From Phoronis australis (taxonomy: Eukaryota; Animalia; Phoronida), in NCBI GenBank assembly GCA_002633005.1, contig NMRA01000048.1, forward strand, positions 987,397-1,044,838: a DNA stretch of 57,442 nucleotides. Direction: 5' to 3'. Position 1 is the first letter of the stretch; every line of letters starts with the position of its first letter. The translations under genes were made by a program, and so were the position numbers. The notes under the pieces were generated by a model. It had not been told where the DNA came from. It searched no databases and saw nothing but the letters and a program-made list of their open reading frames with translations. Of this stretch, positions 25,347 to 39,269 are shown piece after piece.

Positions 25347-28300
25347 TCACAGCAGTGACCACCACTCCCATACTTTCACACACTTCTCAAACACCCCTGG
25401 CATCTTTGGTGACTGAAAAATCAAGTGAAAATCTAAATCAGGAGGCAGACAAGGGCAAAAAGCACCATAAAGCAGGTTAACTATGGTAAGCCATAGAGCA
25501 CACAAGTCAGGCAATACTGACAAAGTCTTTGCAATCACACTTTAGCGTCACACAAGTTGCATAATAACACTTGTCACACAAGTTTGCATAATAACAACTC
25601 CTGAAATGGAAATTAAAGAGTTGTCTTTGGTCTATAACACCTCAAAGTGCTACACCTATATAGTGAACAATATATTGAAGGAGCAGTGTCCAAATATCAT
25701 TGCTAATCTATTTGCAGACCTTGACGCTTCCAACTATTTCTAGACACCTGTGCACTGTCTCATAAAAAGTGACATGGAGCTTTTGAAGATGTATTTGTAT
25801 GCTCCAAACTATTAAATCTACCCAAAACAAAGTGCAGTTATATTCACTGACAAGTTGTAAATGTGAAAATAGGTGACCTTTGCATTAATGATGTACCTCA
25901 CAGGCTCACATAGTGCAACATGCAATGTTATTTCCCAGCACCAAGTCACGATACTTACTAGAAAGGGTTCAGTACACGTGATTTGCGAAGGATCATTTTC
26001 ACAAAACAAAACTCGTTAAAAACATTTGGCAATTTTCAAATAACTTCATATGCACATCATCGTTATATATAACTAATTTGACCAAGCAATCACGGAGACA
26101 AGTTCCCCTTCAATGTCACAAATTTCATCTGATGGTTCACACACCTACATGTATTTCCAAAAATGGTATCATACCAATGCAGCAAGGTACAGTCTGAAAA
26201 TTTATCTAAAAAATAAATTGTGATGTGCTAACAACTATAGCACAAACGTTTCTCAGTAATTACAGTGGAGTAGGAGGCTAAGGCCAAATTCTGACATTAG
26301 GCTCAATAAATTACTGCTCATAAGTTAGGACCTAGGAACACGAAGATAGGAGACAATGCAGTGTCCTAACCCCAAAGCAAAAACTTAAAATATTTGGTTG
26401 TGGAACCATCGCTTTAATCCATTTCATTGGGGGTTATGATGCAAGTGGAACCAAGGATGTACAGTATAGGAGTAAATCTATTCAAATGATATTTCTGCTG
26501 AATGTGTGACATTTATGTGTGCTACCAAACTCCTAATGTAAAATTCTCAAAACTGTAACACCAAAACAAAATTGAACTGTTAATTCAAAGTCAAATGTCA
26601 CAACAAGAGTTACTGGTAGGTACCATACTGGCTTACTCATCCATGAACATGAAAAGACATTGCACATCAAAATACACTGGCAAAGGAGACTGAAATGTAA
26701 AATGTGTCACAAGGTTCTATAAAGTCAAATTATCAATGATTTTTTGAAATCAACCCGGGTGCATCGTACTCAATAAGTGACGGTGCATTTTAAATGTATT
26801 TAACTGGTTAAGTCATTGTCCTTGATATTAGCGAATTTCCTACAGTCATCGACAATTGTAAAACAGTTCTTCAAAAAGTCCATCCAATAACAATCCCAAA
26901 AATGAATGTTTTGGCCGTAAAAACAATACTTTCCCATTAAGTGGCTTGACCAAATGCAATACATCTCCAGTGACAATCAACTTGTACAGTTTCTTTCTAT
27001 GAACTCTGGCCATATGTGAAGCAAGTCGTCATACACAGTTGATCATCACAGAGACGTCTAGTGATGCACTCAGTTGATTTCACAAGTCAGAAGACCATGG
27101 CCTGCTTCTCACACACACTATTGGCTTTTGTCTTTAGTCAAAGTTCAGAAATTTGACTACGAATACAGACCTGTGTACCACAAATTTACCCTAAATATAG
27201 GGGGTTTGAATTTTTCGCAGTATACCTTTCACCAACTAAAAAGAAAAACAAACAATGGGTTTGTTCAGCGTTCAGAGCTTTCACCGAATTCTTGCCTCTT
27301 TAGTGGACTTTTGTTTCATTTTCTCGGACTATTGGTTTCTCTCTGGACCTTTTTGCCCCTTTGCCAAATGGGGGACTCATTAAAGCCCCCCCCCTGCGTA
27401 TACGCACATGGGTACTTTCCCTACTTACTTGAGTTGTTTAGTTGAGTGACAACGTGCTTAGTGAAAAGATCCAGGCCTGTTAATCAATAGAAAATGTCCT
27501 TACTGAACTTAGTTATGTTAATACATGCCTATTGTACACCTCATTTCTTAATACAAAAACATATCTGGAAAAATGTGTTGATGAATCTGCACTGGACAAT
27601 GTTTTGCACCAGACGATATTTTCTTAACCATTCACAAAAGTTTTGAATAATTATTCATTGCAAGTTTCTGTGAACACATACCACCGTACTGCATGCGAAA
27701 AGACCTCAAGGCTCGACTGTGGCTCGAGTATTATCGTCAGCTCAGCATTCTACGAAGTCAGTGCAGCCACCATGTTCGCAAAAACAACAACACGCTAATA
27801 TACAACTTGCAGTATAAATTCCACGGTCCCTTGAATAAGACATTGTCATTCTTTGGAATAATGTGGCATAAACAGTTGTTCCCTTTTTTCAGAAGCTACT
27901 TTCTTCACAGCTCGGAATATGCGACCACTCATGCTTTGCCACTTTGTCAAAAGTACGTATTTAGCCGCATATAGCCAAAATTAGACCAAGTAAGCAATCC
28001 ACAAATCACAGAAGTCGTTGCTTATAGGTTAGGCGTGTGACACAAATACCGATAGAAGAGGCCTCGCAATTCGCCGATTATCAGGCTATTTCGAGGATGA
28101 AACAAAGCAAGTTTTCCGAGTTTTGTAGATCAACTTTTTGGCTAAAATAATGATTTTACAATTTTTTTTAAAATTTCTAACTTTAAAATCTTCCTCGTCC
28201 GTTCTGACTACAAATCGGCGTATTTATTGGTAAACAACCGAATTAATAATCTCTCTTGAATTTACTGAATTAGTGTATTTTTGCCTGGCTGTGCATACTT

Positions 28301-28891
28301 GCATAGTGCATTTTTTGCGTATGGTACACAGGTGTGCGAATAGCAATAAGGCCGTTTTATGTTTCTTGAAATGTTCTACCGAATCAAGCAGACAATGGAT
28401 TTCGATCTCTTGTCTTAAGAGTTGTAGAATCAAGTCGGTAAGATATGGACGAAACGGTTGTATACTTTTCCACATCAAGGCACGATTCTTTAGATTCTAA
28501 AAAGGTTCTTTACTCAATATTTTCATCACTTAAATGGAGCCCAGTAATATATATATAGTCTCAGTGGTAGACAGGTTTTCTAACTTTCATCCTTAGAGAT
28601 TTTCATAAAAAACTGGAGAATCCATAGACGGATTTTTAGCATAAAGTTAAAAGACAAAAGCCAATAGACTCCTTGAGAAACAAGTTTCCAGATGAATAGA
28701 ACAACGCAATTCTTTCAAAAGATCAATAACCACATGCCAGTGCTCATATGACCAGTCCATTCCCTTGAATAGAATACGGACTCTTTCAGGACTAGTAGTG
28801 ACAACAGCTTGTCAGCGATAAATTGCAGTTTGACATGCAGGCATTTTAACGTAAACTTCATAAATCCAGTTTGACATATGGGTCAGAAAAA

Positions 28892-29109
28892 CTACACAAC
28901 AGTGGACACCGCCAATCCTTCTTTTATAAGAATGTCCTCAATACAAATATCCACTTCATCATCGGAGGTGTCGACTAGTCGAACGCCAATCACACCACTG
29001 GCTAAGTCATGGCTGCAGATCAGCCCCACTAGACTCTTCTCGTTAACGAGTTCTGAGAAGCGGTGGATGGCCTTGCTGGACCAACCACTGGCTGACACAG
29101 GCTGGACTC
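28892..29109 (-). CDS. TDRD7: TDRD7-like terminal coding exon
   Basis: atag|(G)VQPVSASGWSSKAIHRFSELVNEKSLVGLI...VRLVDTSDDEVDICIEDILIKEGLAVSTVV*; LVDTS C-terminal signature. Confidence 0.92.
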
Positions 29110-29679
29110 CTATGAGAGAAGAGAGTATTCAACATGCTTGTCTAAGATAGAGTTTCTACAGGTTGCATGCAGTGAATGAAAATATCTATTAAGAGTGAAC
29201 TCCTGTCTTGGTCACAGACAAACTGACTGCAGAACTTGTTATAGTAACATCTTTATTCTGAAAAATGCTTGAAATTTATCAACTTGATAATGAAGAAAGG
29301 TTTGTGATGAATAACATCATAAACATATTTGGCATCATTAATTCTTATGGAAGTAAACAATACACCCAACCCCACTCAAAAATAAGGAGACAAATGTGTA
29401 CTTTCTCTAATAAATGTTTTCCCTGGTCAATTTTGTTTAATCTATATAGTCTTTGGTTTGAAGTGAGTTCTTAGTAAGAGCTGGTCAATCCATCAGTATT
29501 CCACTTCAATTATATACGTGACTACAAAGAGGCGTACACAGCATGACTAGTTCATTGAACAAACTATGCATACATCCCCCTATTCACTGATGAAGATGAC
29601 TATTAAGCCAATGTCAATACAACACCACCATCACAGAACTCTGCCCCTCCCCCCAACATCGTGACTCATTGCTCCTCAC

Positions 29680-29797
29680 CTGCCATGGATGCCTTCAGAG
29701 CCTGGAAGGGGAGCTGTCTGAAGACAGCTGGTAAGGGTTGTAGCTCATCCAGGCTAACAATACCGAAGTCACCATAGTCCATGAACTGTACAGACAT
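29680..29797 (-). CDS. TDRD7: TDRD7-like exon
   Basis: gcag|MSVQFMDYGDFGIVSLDELQPLPAVFRQLPFQALKASMA(G)|gtgagg; 118 nt. Confidence 0.92.
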
Positions 29798-29829
29798 CTG
29801 CAGCAATGGGAAAGAAGACTTTTCACTAT

Positions 29830-29940
29830 TGTGAGATGTGAGAAGAAGCATGCCATACATTCATGTTGTGAGATGTGAGATGAAGCATGCCATACATTCA
29901 TGTTGTGAGATGTGAGATGAAGCATGTCATACATTCATGT
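29830..29940. repeat. About 37-bp tandem repeat x3 just inside the intron, next to a TDRD7 acceptor
   Basis: TGTGAGATGTGAGATGAAGCATGCCATACATTCATGT. Confidence 0.85.
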
Positions 29941-30047
29941 ATACAATAATGAGAACAGCACTATGATCATGGATTTTAGAGGTGAACTCAAGCTGCCACA
30001 AACCCGTCTTTTTTCAACAAGAGTTGAAACAGATCACTTACACCTGT

Positions 30048-30925
30048 AACAAGAGTAACGCGGAGCATTGAAATGCGCCCACGAATGCACCGCAAATGGT
30101 GTGCTTCTAGGGTTATTTATTTGTTTCATAAAAATAGCCACTACATGATGTAAAAACCTCCAATCCATCTGCAAATGGGAACATGCCATTGCTTCTTTAA
30201 TAGCAAGCTATTTCTAAAATTTCATAAACATCTGTCAAGGATCTTCAGAGAAACAAAGGAAAACGGAAGGAATAAAATTGCCACTATGGGGCACAGCGTT
30301 CATTGGGTACGCCTGAAAAATGTCAATGTTCTAGTTAGCTTCATATAAACACGACTGCAAAATTTAATAAAGATCCTGCAGTGAGTTTAGGAGATGTAGC
30401 TATGGACAAAAACAAAACCACCATTAGAAGGCGCCACAGTAGTCGAATTCGTTATCGTCAACCGTCCTCTTCACCCTGAGAACATATACGCCAATTTCCA
30501 AAATCTTCCTTAAAATGGTTTGATCCATCAAGGGTTGGACGCCAAAAAAACAGACGCGAAAACAGGAAATTGGCCCCTAGGCGATGCAAAGTACCTCGAT
30601 TCCAGCTGAAAACGGGAGGATAGCATCATCTCACCAATAGATGCCTATATTCCAAATTTCCTGAAAATACGTTGGGGACCATTGAAGATAAAGAGATAAG
30701 TGTAAAAAAACTAAAATTGCCACTAAGGGGTACACCGGTAGTCGGATTTGTCCGAAAGTTCGCTCATGCTGAGCCATCCATGAAGGGAACATAAGTGCAA
30801 AATTCCATGAACGTACATCAAAGGGTTTTGGAGGTAGAGCAGCGGATGCCGGATGGACGGACGCGGGACGGACGGACAAAAATGACATCATAATGCATCC
30901 ACATATAAATATGTGGGCGCATAAA
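30048..30925 (-). mobile_element. HINE copy (intronic in TDRD7)
   Basis: Same termini as the copy at 21469-24708: AACAAGAG..CGGAGCATTGAAATGCGCCCAC ... (GGAC)n ... TATGTGGGCGCATAAA. Confidence 0.85.
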
Positions 30926-31703
30926 CATAGTGTCAAATTGTTTCGGACTCAGGTTAGAAGTGATTTCTATGTGTGGAACAAGCAACACTTCATCAGTGCT
31001 TGGAACCAGTCTCAATTGAGTTGACTTGACTCGGAGGTCATAATATGCGCAGAGCATGGCCCCAGGCAATAAAGAAGTACCAGTTCTTCTTAAGCCCATA
31101 AATCACTTCTGAGGACAAAAAGCAAAGTTGGTTCTGGTCAGCCAACTCATTTTGAAACCCATGCTCACAGACTAAAAAAACAAGTAAACACACCTGTCTA
31201 AATCCATTTCAACCAAAGTCTCATGATTTTTCAAAAGCTGCGCAAAGGCACATTAGGAAGGGCAAGAGAGATTTGATTTGCTAAGCCATGAGTAAAAAAT
31301 CTTGCATCATTTTTGCTTGTTTTCTTTTTTGAAGTATTGAGTAACTAAAAAATACTGTCCCACTGAATCGATTTTCAAAAAAGCCAGTAATGCTTTTTTG
31401 GCATAATCTGAATTAGGAATAAAGTGAAACCAGTTTTATACCAAGCAGTGTAAACCAAACGTTATTTTTTTTTTGGTAGAAAACTCGTTCAGTCTAATTT
31501 TTAGATTCTATGAACACATATCTTAAGTTGGACAGAGATGCAAAGTCTAACAGAGACACACACATCATTATTTGTCAGACAGAAAAACATGCACTGTTAT
31601 ATACCCTATGACGACATTACAGACACACAAGTATCATAACAAGACTGATTGAAACACACACAGTCTCGCTGCACATGATCACTCCAGCACCCTGCAGATG
31701 TAC

Positions 31704-31883
31704 CTGACTATCAGGCAATATATTCTTTATGACCACCCTGTACCAGCTCAGCTCCTGATAGCCTGCGTACAGCTCTCCAGAATTCACAGTGGGGATCTGG
31801 ACAAAGTCAGCAGAGTTGGAGTAAAATATCCTCATGAATTCCATAAGCTCCACCAAGTCTTTCATAGTATTGTACGGAATGAC
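31704..31883 (-). CDS. TDRD7: TDRD7-like exon (last Tudor domain)
   Basis: gcag|VIPYNTMKDLVELMEFMRIFYS...GELYAGYQELSWYRVVIKNILPDSQ|gtacat; 180 nt. Confidence 0.92.
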
Positions 31884-32222
31884 CTGCATGAGCAAAACAA
31901 GGTCAACAAAAAATTACATAAGATAACACCCAGACGTTTGACCACACATCATTGTCAGTAAGACACAACAGAGTGCTTTCCACGCAGAGCATTAACATTT
32001 ATTAAATTCCAGGAAAATTATTATCTTTTCGTGTCCACAAGTAATTCTGATCACAACACAAACCTTGCTTGTTTGAACCCCTCAAATATGGTTGTAAATT
32101 AATGACTAATGAAGTATTTTTGGTTCAAACTTATTTCTTGTTGAAATACTTTTTGAAAATTACATAAATAATTGTTCAATCACATAACTTTCAAAACTGC
32201 TATGATGAATCTTTGGTCATAC

Positions 32223-32405
32223 CGTGAAACTATCCGGGTCACATGACCATGGCACGTGCAGGTCCATGTAGTCACCGATACACGGCACGTCCACCTTTGG
32301 TGGCTGAGAGAGGGCAGCACATGATTTGTAGTCACGTGGTATGTCAGCCATGTTGAATGTTACATTGACCGAGTCTGGCTCACTGGTTGGTGGAGTGTTG
32401 GCTGC
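32223..32405 (-). CDS. TDRD7: TDRD7-like exon
   Basis: ctag|AANTPPTSEP...PPKVDVPCIGDYMDLHVPWSCDPDSFT|gtatga; resembles the TDRD7 MDVYVPVACHPGYF segment as I recall it; 183 nt. Confidence 0.9.
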
Positions 32406-33337
32406 CTAGAGACACCACAGAAATGACGAATAATTTTCACACGACGTTTTATCATAATGTGGTGTCAACAAAATCAAACAAAGTACTCAAAAAACATCTA
32501 AAAGTACAACAAAAAGCCTAGTACAGGAACACTCATGGTTTTTAAACTGACACAATCAGTGAGAAAAGCCTTTTTCTTTGATCAGCCCCAGTGCAGATTT
32601 GAACCTGGAACCTTTAAAGACACAAATACTCTGCTGACAAAGCTCAATCACACTCCATAAATGGCAAGAGGGTTAAGTGACTGACCCTGACTTCAGCGAA
32701 TGTCTGGCAAACAACGAGAATTGGCAAGTTGAATGAAATCATCAAAAAAAAACCCAGATTTTATTATTTTATAGCTCTGGTCAAAGCTAATAACTTCAAA
32801 AAGTTCTAAAATGCAATTCCAGCCATGATAATTAACTTCTAATAAAACAACACACCAACATCTTAGAATTCCCAGGCTTCAAAATCAAGTTCGAGGGTTA
32901 CCACCAGTTGTTACCTATAACTAACTTTTGTAATTATCAACAAATTTACATCTAGAAAACATCGATTCAGAGCATCCACAAAAAATATCTATATGTAAAC
33001 ATGTATATCAACCTGTATGCAAAAATGGTTGAAAACACAACACTCGTCATTATTAACAATCTTTATTCTGTTCCGCTTGTATCCTTGGAACAAAGTTTGA
33101 CACTCAACAGAACATTGGTAATTTAGGAAGTGACCAACAGACATGATTAAAAGACAGACATATTGTGTGTTCTGTTGAACAGAATAAAGACTGTCATGTT
33201 TTCAACCAATTTTGCATAACTGGAAAACTTGCTTCCGAAGAACAGCCATAGGAACCACTTTGTATAATATCTATGTAGGCTTCACTTCCAGTCATTGCAT
33301 GATATATTTTTTATAATAAACATGAAAAACAAGTTAC

Positions 33338-33581
33338 TTTGGCCAGTGATGCATCAGCCACCTCCCCAGGGGACTGACCCTGCTGTGATACAGGTGCTCC
33401 ACCACCAACAGGCGAGTCGCCGCCTTCCGAAGTTGCATCTGCACTCCGAGTACTGTCCGGAAGTAGCTGAGGTGTCTCTGGATTGGACAGAGAGATCTGT
33501 GCTAGCTTTTTGTCTAATCCACTGTCGCTTAAGCGTTTCTTCTGGAGACGGATCTCTGGTGGCCTATTGTTGAGAGATACA
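33338..33581 (-). CDS. TDRD7: TDRD7-like exon (low-complexity linker); alternative acceptor at 33629
   Basis: ttatag|VSLNNRPPEIRLQKKRLSDSG...ADASLAK|gtaact; 244 nt; phases compatible on both sides. Confidence 0.8.
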
Positions 33582-34013
33582 CTATAAGGTAAGCAAGTAA
33601 TCTCAGGTGGCTTACTGTTGAGAGATACACTATAAGGTAAGCAAGCATGTAACAATGTCTCTGCATATTTACAACATAGTAATAATGTGTTAAGCCCAAA
33701 TCTGAATCCACAATTTTCTACTTATTAAAAGAAAATTAAAATTCTTACTTAAACTAGTTATCGCTATAAAATCGGTTCAACAGATCTGAAAAGATCTCTG
33801 GACATGGAGGGAAATTATAATTTGTAGGTTGTCATTTTTATGCGCAAAAACCACTATGATTATTAACAACGTGAGATATATTGCTTCCACGTCTGAGCAC
33901 CAGATGTAGTTATTGGTTGGTTTTAAAATTACCATGGGGGTCTTCCTCAGCAATGATAAAAAAGAATGTTTATAACTACGTCACAGTGGTTACAAATATG
34001 CAAAAATCATATG

Positions 34014-35250
34014 ACAAGAGCAACGCGGAGCATTGAAATGGGCCCATGAATGCACTACAAACGGTGTGCTTCTAGGTGTGTTTATTTGTGTCATAAAAAT
34101 GGCCACTAGATGATGCAAAATATTTCAAATCCATCCAGAATTGGAAAATGTCGCTGTTTCTTTAACAGAAAGTCACTTACCACATTCAAAGAAAATCTGT
34201 CAAGGAACTCCAGAGAAACAGAAGAAAACACGTTGAGGAACTTTGAACATACAGAGATAAACGTAAAAAAATGAAATTGCCACTAGGTGGCACACCAGTA
34301 GTCAGATCCATCCGAAGGTCGTTGTCATCAATTGTCAACATCATATAAATACACTTACTAAATTCAGTAAAGAAGTTTAGAAGATACAGCCATAGGCGCA
34401 AAAAAAATGCCACTAGGAGGTGCCACAGTAGTCGAAGTCGTCGGAAAATCATCGTCAGATGTCCACTTCATAGTAAGAACATACGTTCCAATTTTCACAA
34501 TCATTCTTTGAGCGGTTTGGTTGATAGAGGGGTGGACGCAAAAAACAGACTTGAAAACAGTAAAAATGGCCACTAGGTGGCGCAAACTACCTTGAATCCA
34601 TCTGAAAATGGGGATAGCGTCATCTCACTAATAGGTGCCAATATACCAAATTTTATGAAAATCCGTTCAGGACTTTTGAAGATACAGAGGTAAACGTAAA
34701 AAACTAAAATTGCCACTAGGGGACACACTGGTAGTCGAATCCATCCGAAAGTTCGCTCATGCCGTCCCATTCATGAATGGAACAAAAATGACAAATTTCA
34801 TGAACGTATGGAAAACATGTTCAAAATTTCATGAAGATACATCAAGGCGTTTTAGACATAGAGCACCAGACGCCGGACAGAGGGAGATGACGGCATAATG
34901 CGTCCACATATAAATATGTGGGCGCATAAAAATAGTCACTAGATGACACAAAATGCCTCGAATCCATCCGAAAATTGAAAGGATTGCGTCATCTCATTAA
35001 TAGATGGCTATGTGCCAAATTTCATGAAAATTGGTTGAGGACCTATGAAGATACAGAGGGAAACGTAAAAAAATAAAATTGCCACTACAGGGCACAGCGG
35101 TATGCGGATCGGTCCAAAAATCGTCGCCCTCTGTCGTATGCCCCATGGGAACACATCTGTAATGGGTTTAGGAGATGCAGTCGCGGACATCGGATGCCTG
35201 GATGTCTAGACAGAGACGACAGTAATATGCACCCACTATGTGGGCACATG
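34014..35250 (-). mobile_element. HINE copy (34014-34932) with an abutting partial copy (34933-35250)
   Basis: Same termini and core; a second, degenerate terminal hairpin TATGTGGGCACAT near 35240. Confidence 0.8.
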
Positions 35251-35309
35251 AAGTGATATAAGGCTATCTTGGTGTGACAACAGTCGAGTGAACTGATGGG
35301 CCAACATAC

Positions 35310-35425
35310 AAAAATACATCAGGTTCTTGCACTAGGAGGTCGTTGATGGACACTTCGTTCTGGTCGACATCTGTCAACAGCAGCTCCACTTGTGGAAGAC
35401 TGTCTCTGGAAGCAAGCTTGTGAAC
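35310..35425 (-). CDS. TDRD7: TDRD7-like exon
   Basis: gcag|VHKLASRDSLPQVELLLTDVDQNEVSINDLLVQEPDVF|gtatgt; 116 nt; phase 2 matches the next exon. Confidence 0.85.
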
Positions 35426-35572
35426 CTGCAGGAAACAGAGCAAGGAAATGAACAGCTCAGCCTTTCGCCAAAAATGCACTTTTAAGAAATGTGCATCAAC
35501 AAAACATACCCTTCGGTGTGTAAGCCTGCTGCAGTTCAGGTCTTTAGCAAGTTCATGTTCACAGCAACGAAN

Positions 35573-35735
35573 TAACCATCAGTCCCTTAAGATAGTGTAG
35601 TCATAATTTGTAACCATCAGTCCCTTAAGATAGTGTAGTCATAATTTGTAACCATCAGTCCCTTAAGATAGTATAGTCATAATTTGTAACCATCAGTCCC
35701 TTAAGATAGTAGTCATAATTTGTAACCATCAGTCA
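35573..35735. repeat. 38-bp tandem repeat x4, starting at a contig join
   Basis: TAACCATCAGTCCCTTAAGATAGTGTAGTCATAATTTG; N at 35572. Confidence 0.9.
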
Positions 35736-36102
35736 CGCTGTGAATTATTTGCTATCAATTTAACTATGTTTGTAATATTGCAACGTGATAAATTATACCC
35801 CTGTGTATTGTATGCGACTTGTCGTTAATGCCACCAATAAGTGCGTGCCAGTCAAATGTGTGCCAGTCAAATGTACAAGTTTCAAGAAAAATAATAAAGG
35901 CAACTGATTCTCAGCACAAAGAGAAAAAATAGACACAACACAGTTGTTGACTTGAGTCATGATGCTGGAGGCTACAATGGTGACTTACTGAAAGTGTAAA
36001 AGTTACCAATTTAAGACATAGTATGGCAGACAAGTGAAATATAATTTCCTCATTTTTTCATAAATATCATACAGCACCAGAATGATGCTTTGCCCTGTCC
36101 AA

Positions 36103-36187
36103 GTTCTGTACCCTAGCTATTGACAGACAATACTTCTGTACCCTAGCTATTGACAGACAATACTTCTGTACCCTAGCTATTGACAGA
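36103..36187. repeat. 30-bp tandem repeat x3
   Basis: TTCTGTACCCTAGCTATTGACAGACAATAC. Confidence 0.9.
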
Positions 36188-36483
36188 AAATATTTTGAAA
36201 TTTTGAGTGCATTTACAATGTTAGAAGCCCTTGGAAATGAAATTATTGTAACTTCGACAATTGCTTTTATCCCAAATTGGTGAGGTTTTATCCCAAAACT
36301 TACAACACGTACCCCCCCGGATTTTAGCAACTCAGCAAAATATACAAAAATGGAAGCATGATAAAAACATTGAACTCTCAGACATTTCCAAACAGTAAAA
36401 AGGATTTCTGCAAAAATGTTTTGTTTCAACATTTGTTGAAAATCACGCCTCAAAACGAACAAGAAGGTGCAATTCAAACTCAC

Positions 36484-36591
36484 CTTAAGAATTCGTACAG
36501 CGTCCATGGGCATGAAGTAAGACAGCCTGGCCACAGCATCCTCTGTCCATCGTCCAGGGGGCGGCAGGTTGACCAGTTCACACTCCACTGC
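36484..36591 (-). CDS. TDRD7: TDRD7-like exon
   Basis: ctag|AVECELVNLPPPGRWTEDAVARLSYFMPMDAVRILK|gtgagt; extended-Tudor segment; 108 nt. Confidence 0.9.
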
Positions 36592-36899
36592 CTAGAATGC
36601 AAATGTTATCATTTATCAGATTTCAATGTCACCAGTAATGGAGAAACATTTCTTCTAACTTGCACACTGTGCGCTTAGAAACGTGCGCGTTAATCTAAAG
36701 TCACACTGAGTGATGAAGTAAGAGTTAAATACATCATACATACAAAATAATAACTCTTAGGAATTTGATACCACGATAAAGAAAAGACAAAAATGAAAAC
36801 ATTTAACACCAAACAGCAAAGCAACAATCTCTCAACTTTGATTGGATGTTAGATAAATCTGAAAAAATGATATTCGTGGATTGCACTAGAACTTAGTTA

Positions 36900-37027
36900 A
36901 AATTACTTTTATATAAATCAATGTAATTAATAAATTACTTTTATATAAATCAATGTAATTAATAAATTACTTTTATATAAATCAATGTAATTAATAAATT
37001 ACTTTTATATAAATTAATGTAATTAAT
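36900..37027. repeat. 32-bp AT-rich tandem repeat x4
   Basis: AAATTACTTTTATATAAATCAATGTAATTAAT. Confidence 0.9.
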
Positions 37028-37176
37028 ACTCATTAACTCAAATGTTAAACATCATCAATTTTCCACTGCATTCTTGTTTCAGAAAATTTATTTACAGAAA
37101 TTGCTTATACCCTCGCCCTAATTTTAATACCGTTGCGCAGTTCTTGAACTAAATCATACACGAGTCATTGTCTCAC

Positions 37177-37281
37177 CTGAAATGGCAGCGTGGCCAGGTG
37201 TTTATTAGCTTTAGTCGGCTCTCTCAGACTACTGCATAGGACCACCTCACTGTTGCCATAGTCCACATACTGTACCCTCAC
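37177..37281 (-). CDS. TDRD7: Tudor domain-containing protein 7-like, first exon visible (internal exon)
   Basis: ccag|VRVQYVDYGNSEVVLCSSLREPTKANKHLATLPFQ|gtgaga; Tudor VDYGN motif; 105 nt. Confidence 0.9.
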
Positions 37282-39269
37282 CTGGTGGACAAACCGTGAA
37301 CTATTAACTCTGGGAATCACATTGAAACTATCAGGAATTCATTAACATGTTTTGCCAGGCTATCATGAAGTTGTTTGTTACATGCCATACCTCACCTGGT
37401 GAATGCAACAAACGTTACAAAAAAACAAGACTGCTTCTTAGCCATACAGCCAATGGTATGTCATAAAAATGCTATATGCAGTACCTTTGAAGGCAAGAAC
37501 TTTTATTAAATGCAACACTGGCTTTTTCCAACAAAATCTAGTAAACAGAAAAGTGCCATCCATATTTATCATTTACCTCGAATCATTTCATTGCGGCTAA
37601 TGACTCTGGTCATGACAGTCTCAAAATGTATTTAATTCACCCCACATATTTACATACAAGTTCTCTTCAATAAGTTGCCAGGTGACTCGAGGGTAATTCT
37701 CCACTAACTTCACACAAAAATAATTGCCAAAATTTTAATTTCTCCAATTTTTAAAGGTTTATTAAAATACTGCAAATAATGAAAATTTACAAAAAGTTTT
37801 TTATGACATCTACACATAACGGCACAAACCATGGTAGTATGACATTTACACTAACAGCACAAACCATGGTAGTATGACATCTACACATAACAGCACAAAT
37901 CATGCTAGTAATAATAAGAATAAAATTTTCTTAATCTTTACTTTTGTGGATAAATTTAACAAAATATAATTTCACTTATCGGCCCTACTGTGTACTGAAT
38001 AAGCAATGAATTACTGTATTACAGGCTGAGTGACTCATTTCACCAACCACTGGTCAGCACAAAATGTCAGCGGAGAAAAGTATGCATGTAATAGCTGATA
38101 GACATTGATTAAAGATTTGGTAAAATAAGTTTGAATAAAAGTTGAGATTCCATTACATGATAATGATGTAGCTACTATAAACTAAAAGGTATGTTCTGGC
38201 AATAATTTAACAAATCCTAGGAAAACCATCTCTGTCTAAACCCTAGACCTAAACATGGCTGGAATGCAATTCAAACTCATCATCTAACATTGATCAATTA
38301 ATCAAGCGAATCTACAGCCAAGCAGTTAATAACAAGCTGACATAAACACAAAGTAGTCCTTCCATCTAATTCCCTTCAACAGCATCAACTTTGGGCAACA
38401 GAGGCATGACATCAGTTCAAATGTTGGGCAATAGAGGCATAACAGTAGGCATTTGCGGGACGATTGAAAAGGGTAGGGGAATAGGTGCCGCATTTGAAGG
38501 ATAGAATTTTTCTCAAGATGGTAGACCTCCAGTTTAGCTAACCAAATAAAAGGTTTGAGGACCCAGAACCAAGTGAAAAAGCAACTTCAGTCCAAAAATC
38601 AAACATAAAATTCCCAAAGATGAGATCTAACTGACACATGCGTACAAGCAGCTAAGTATGCAATTTGAAATTATATTTATTGGAGAAAATAGAAAATACA
38701 CGTTGAAAAATACCTGCCAAAATTCTAGGACTGACCTGCTATACAATGTCAACAAATTCGTAGATGATGCAAACTGGGTAAATCTAAGCATGTACTCTCT
38801 CCATTTGTTCGCTCAGTAAAAATTGCTGTCAAAAAACTTCCACGAGGCATGGTATGCTGAGCCTGAATGCCGTATCGATGCCTGAGAATGGCGCGGCGCA
38901 AATTTCACAAGAAAATAATCTTATGTCCAAAGTTGGTTACATATTCAATAACTAGTTTTGCATGAAACAAAAAACCTCAATATACTGCCGACTTTGAGCG
39001 AAATTCCATTATTGGGCGATTCGACTTTTCCACACTGCTACAGAATACATGCCATATACACAAAAAAGTAGGTCAGGCACAAAATATCATTTGGATTGAA
39101 CCAGAGTGTTACATGTGAACATGGTTGTGATTAGGCTCTAAGACAGTAAGAAAGGAAAGGTTCTTTAGAAGAATGAATTTGTAGCAACATATGAGAGGCT
39201 GAGGCAGATTTTAAACCTAGTGTCAATTTCAACAACACGGCCATTCTTAATGCATTGCAAAACATGCTA

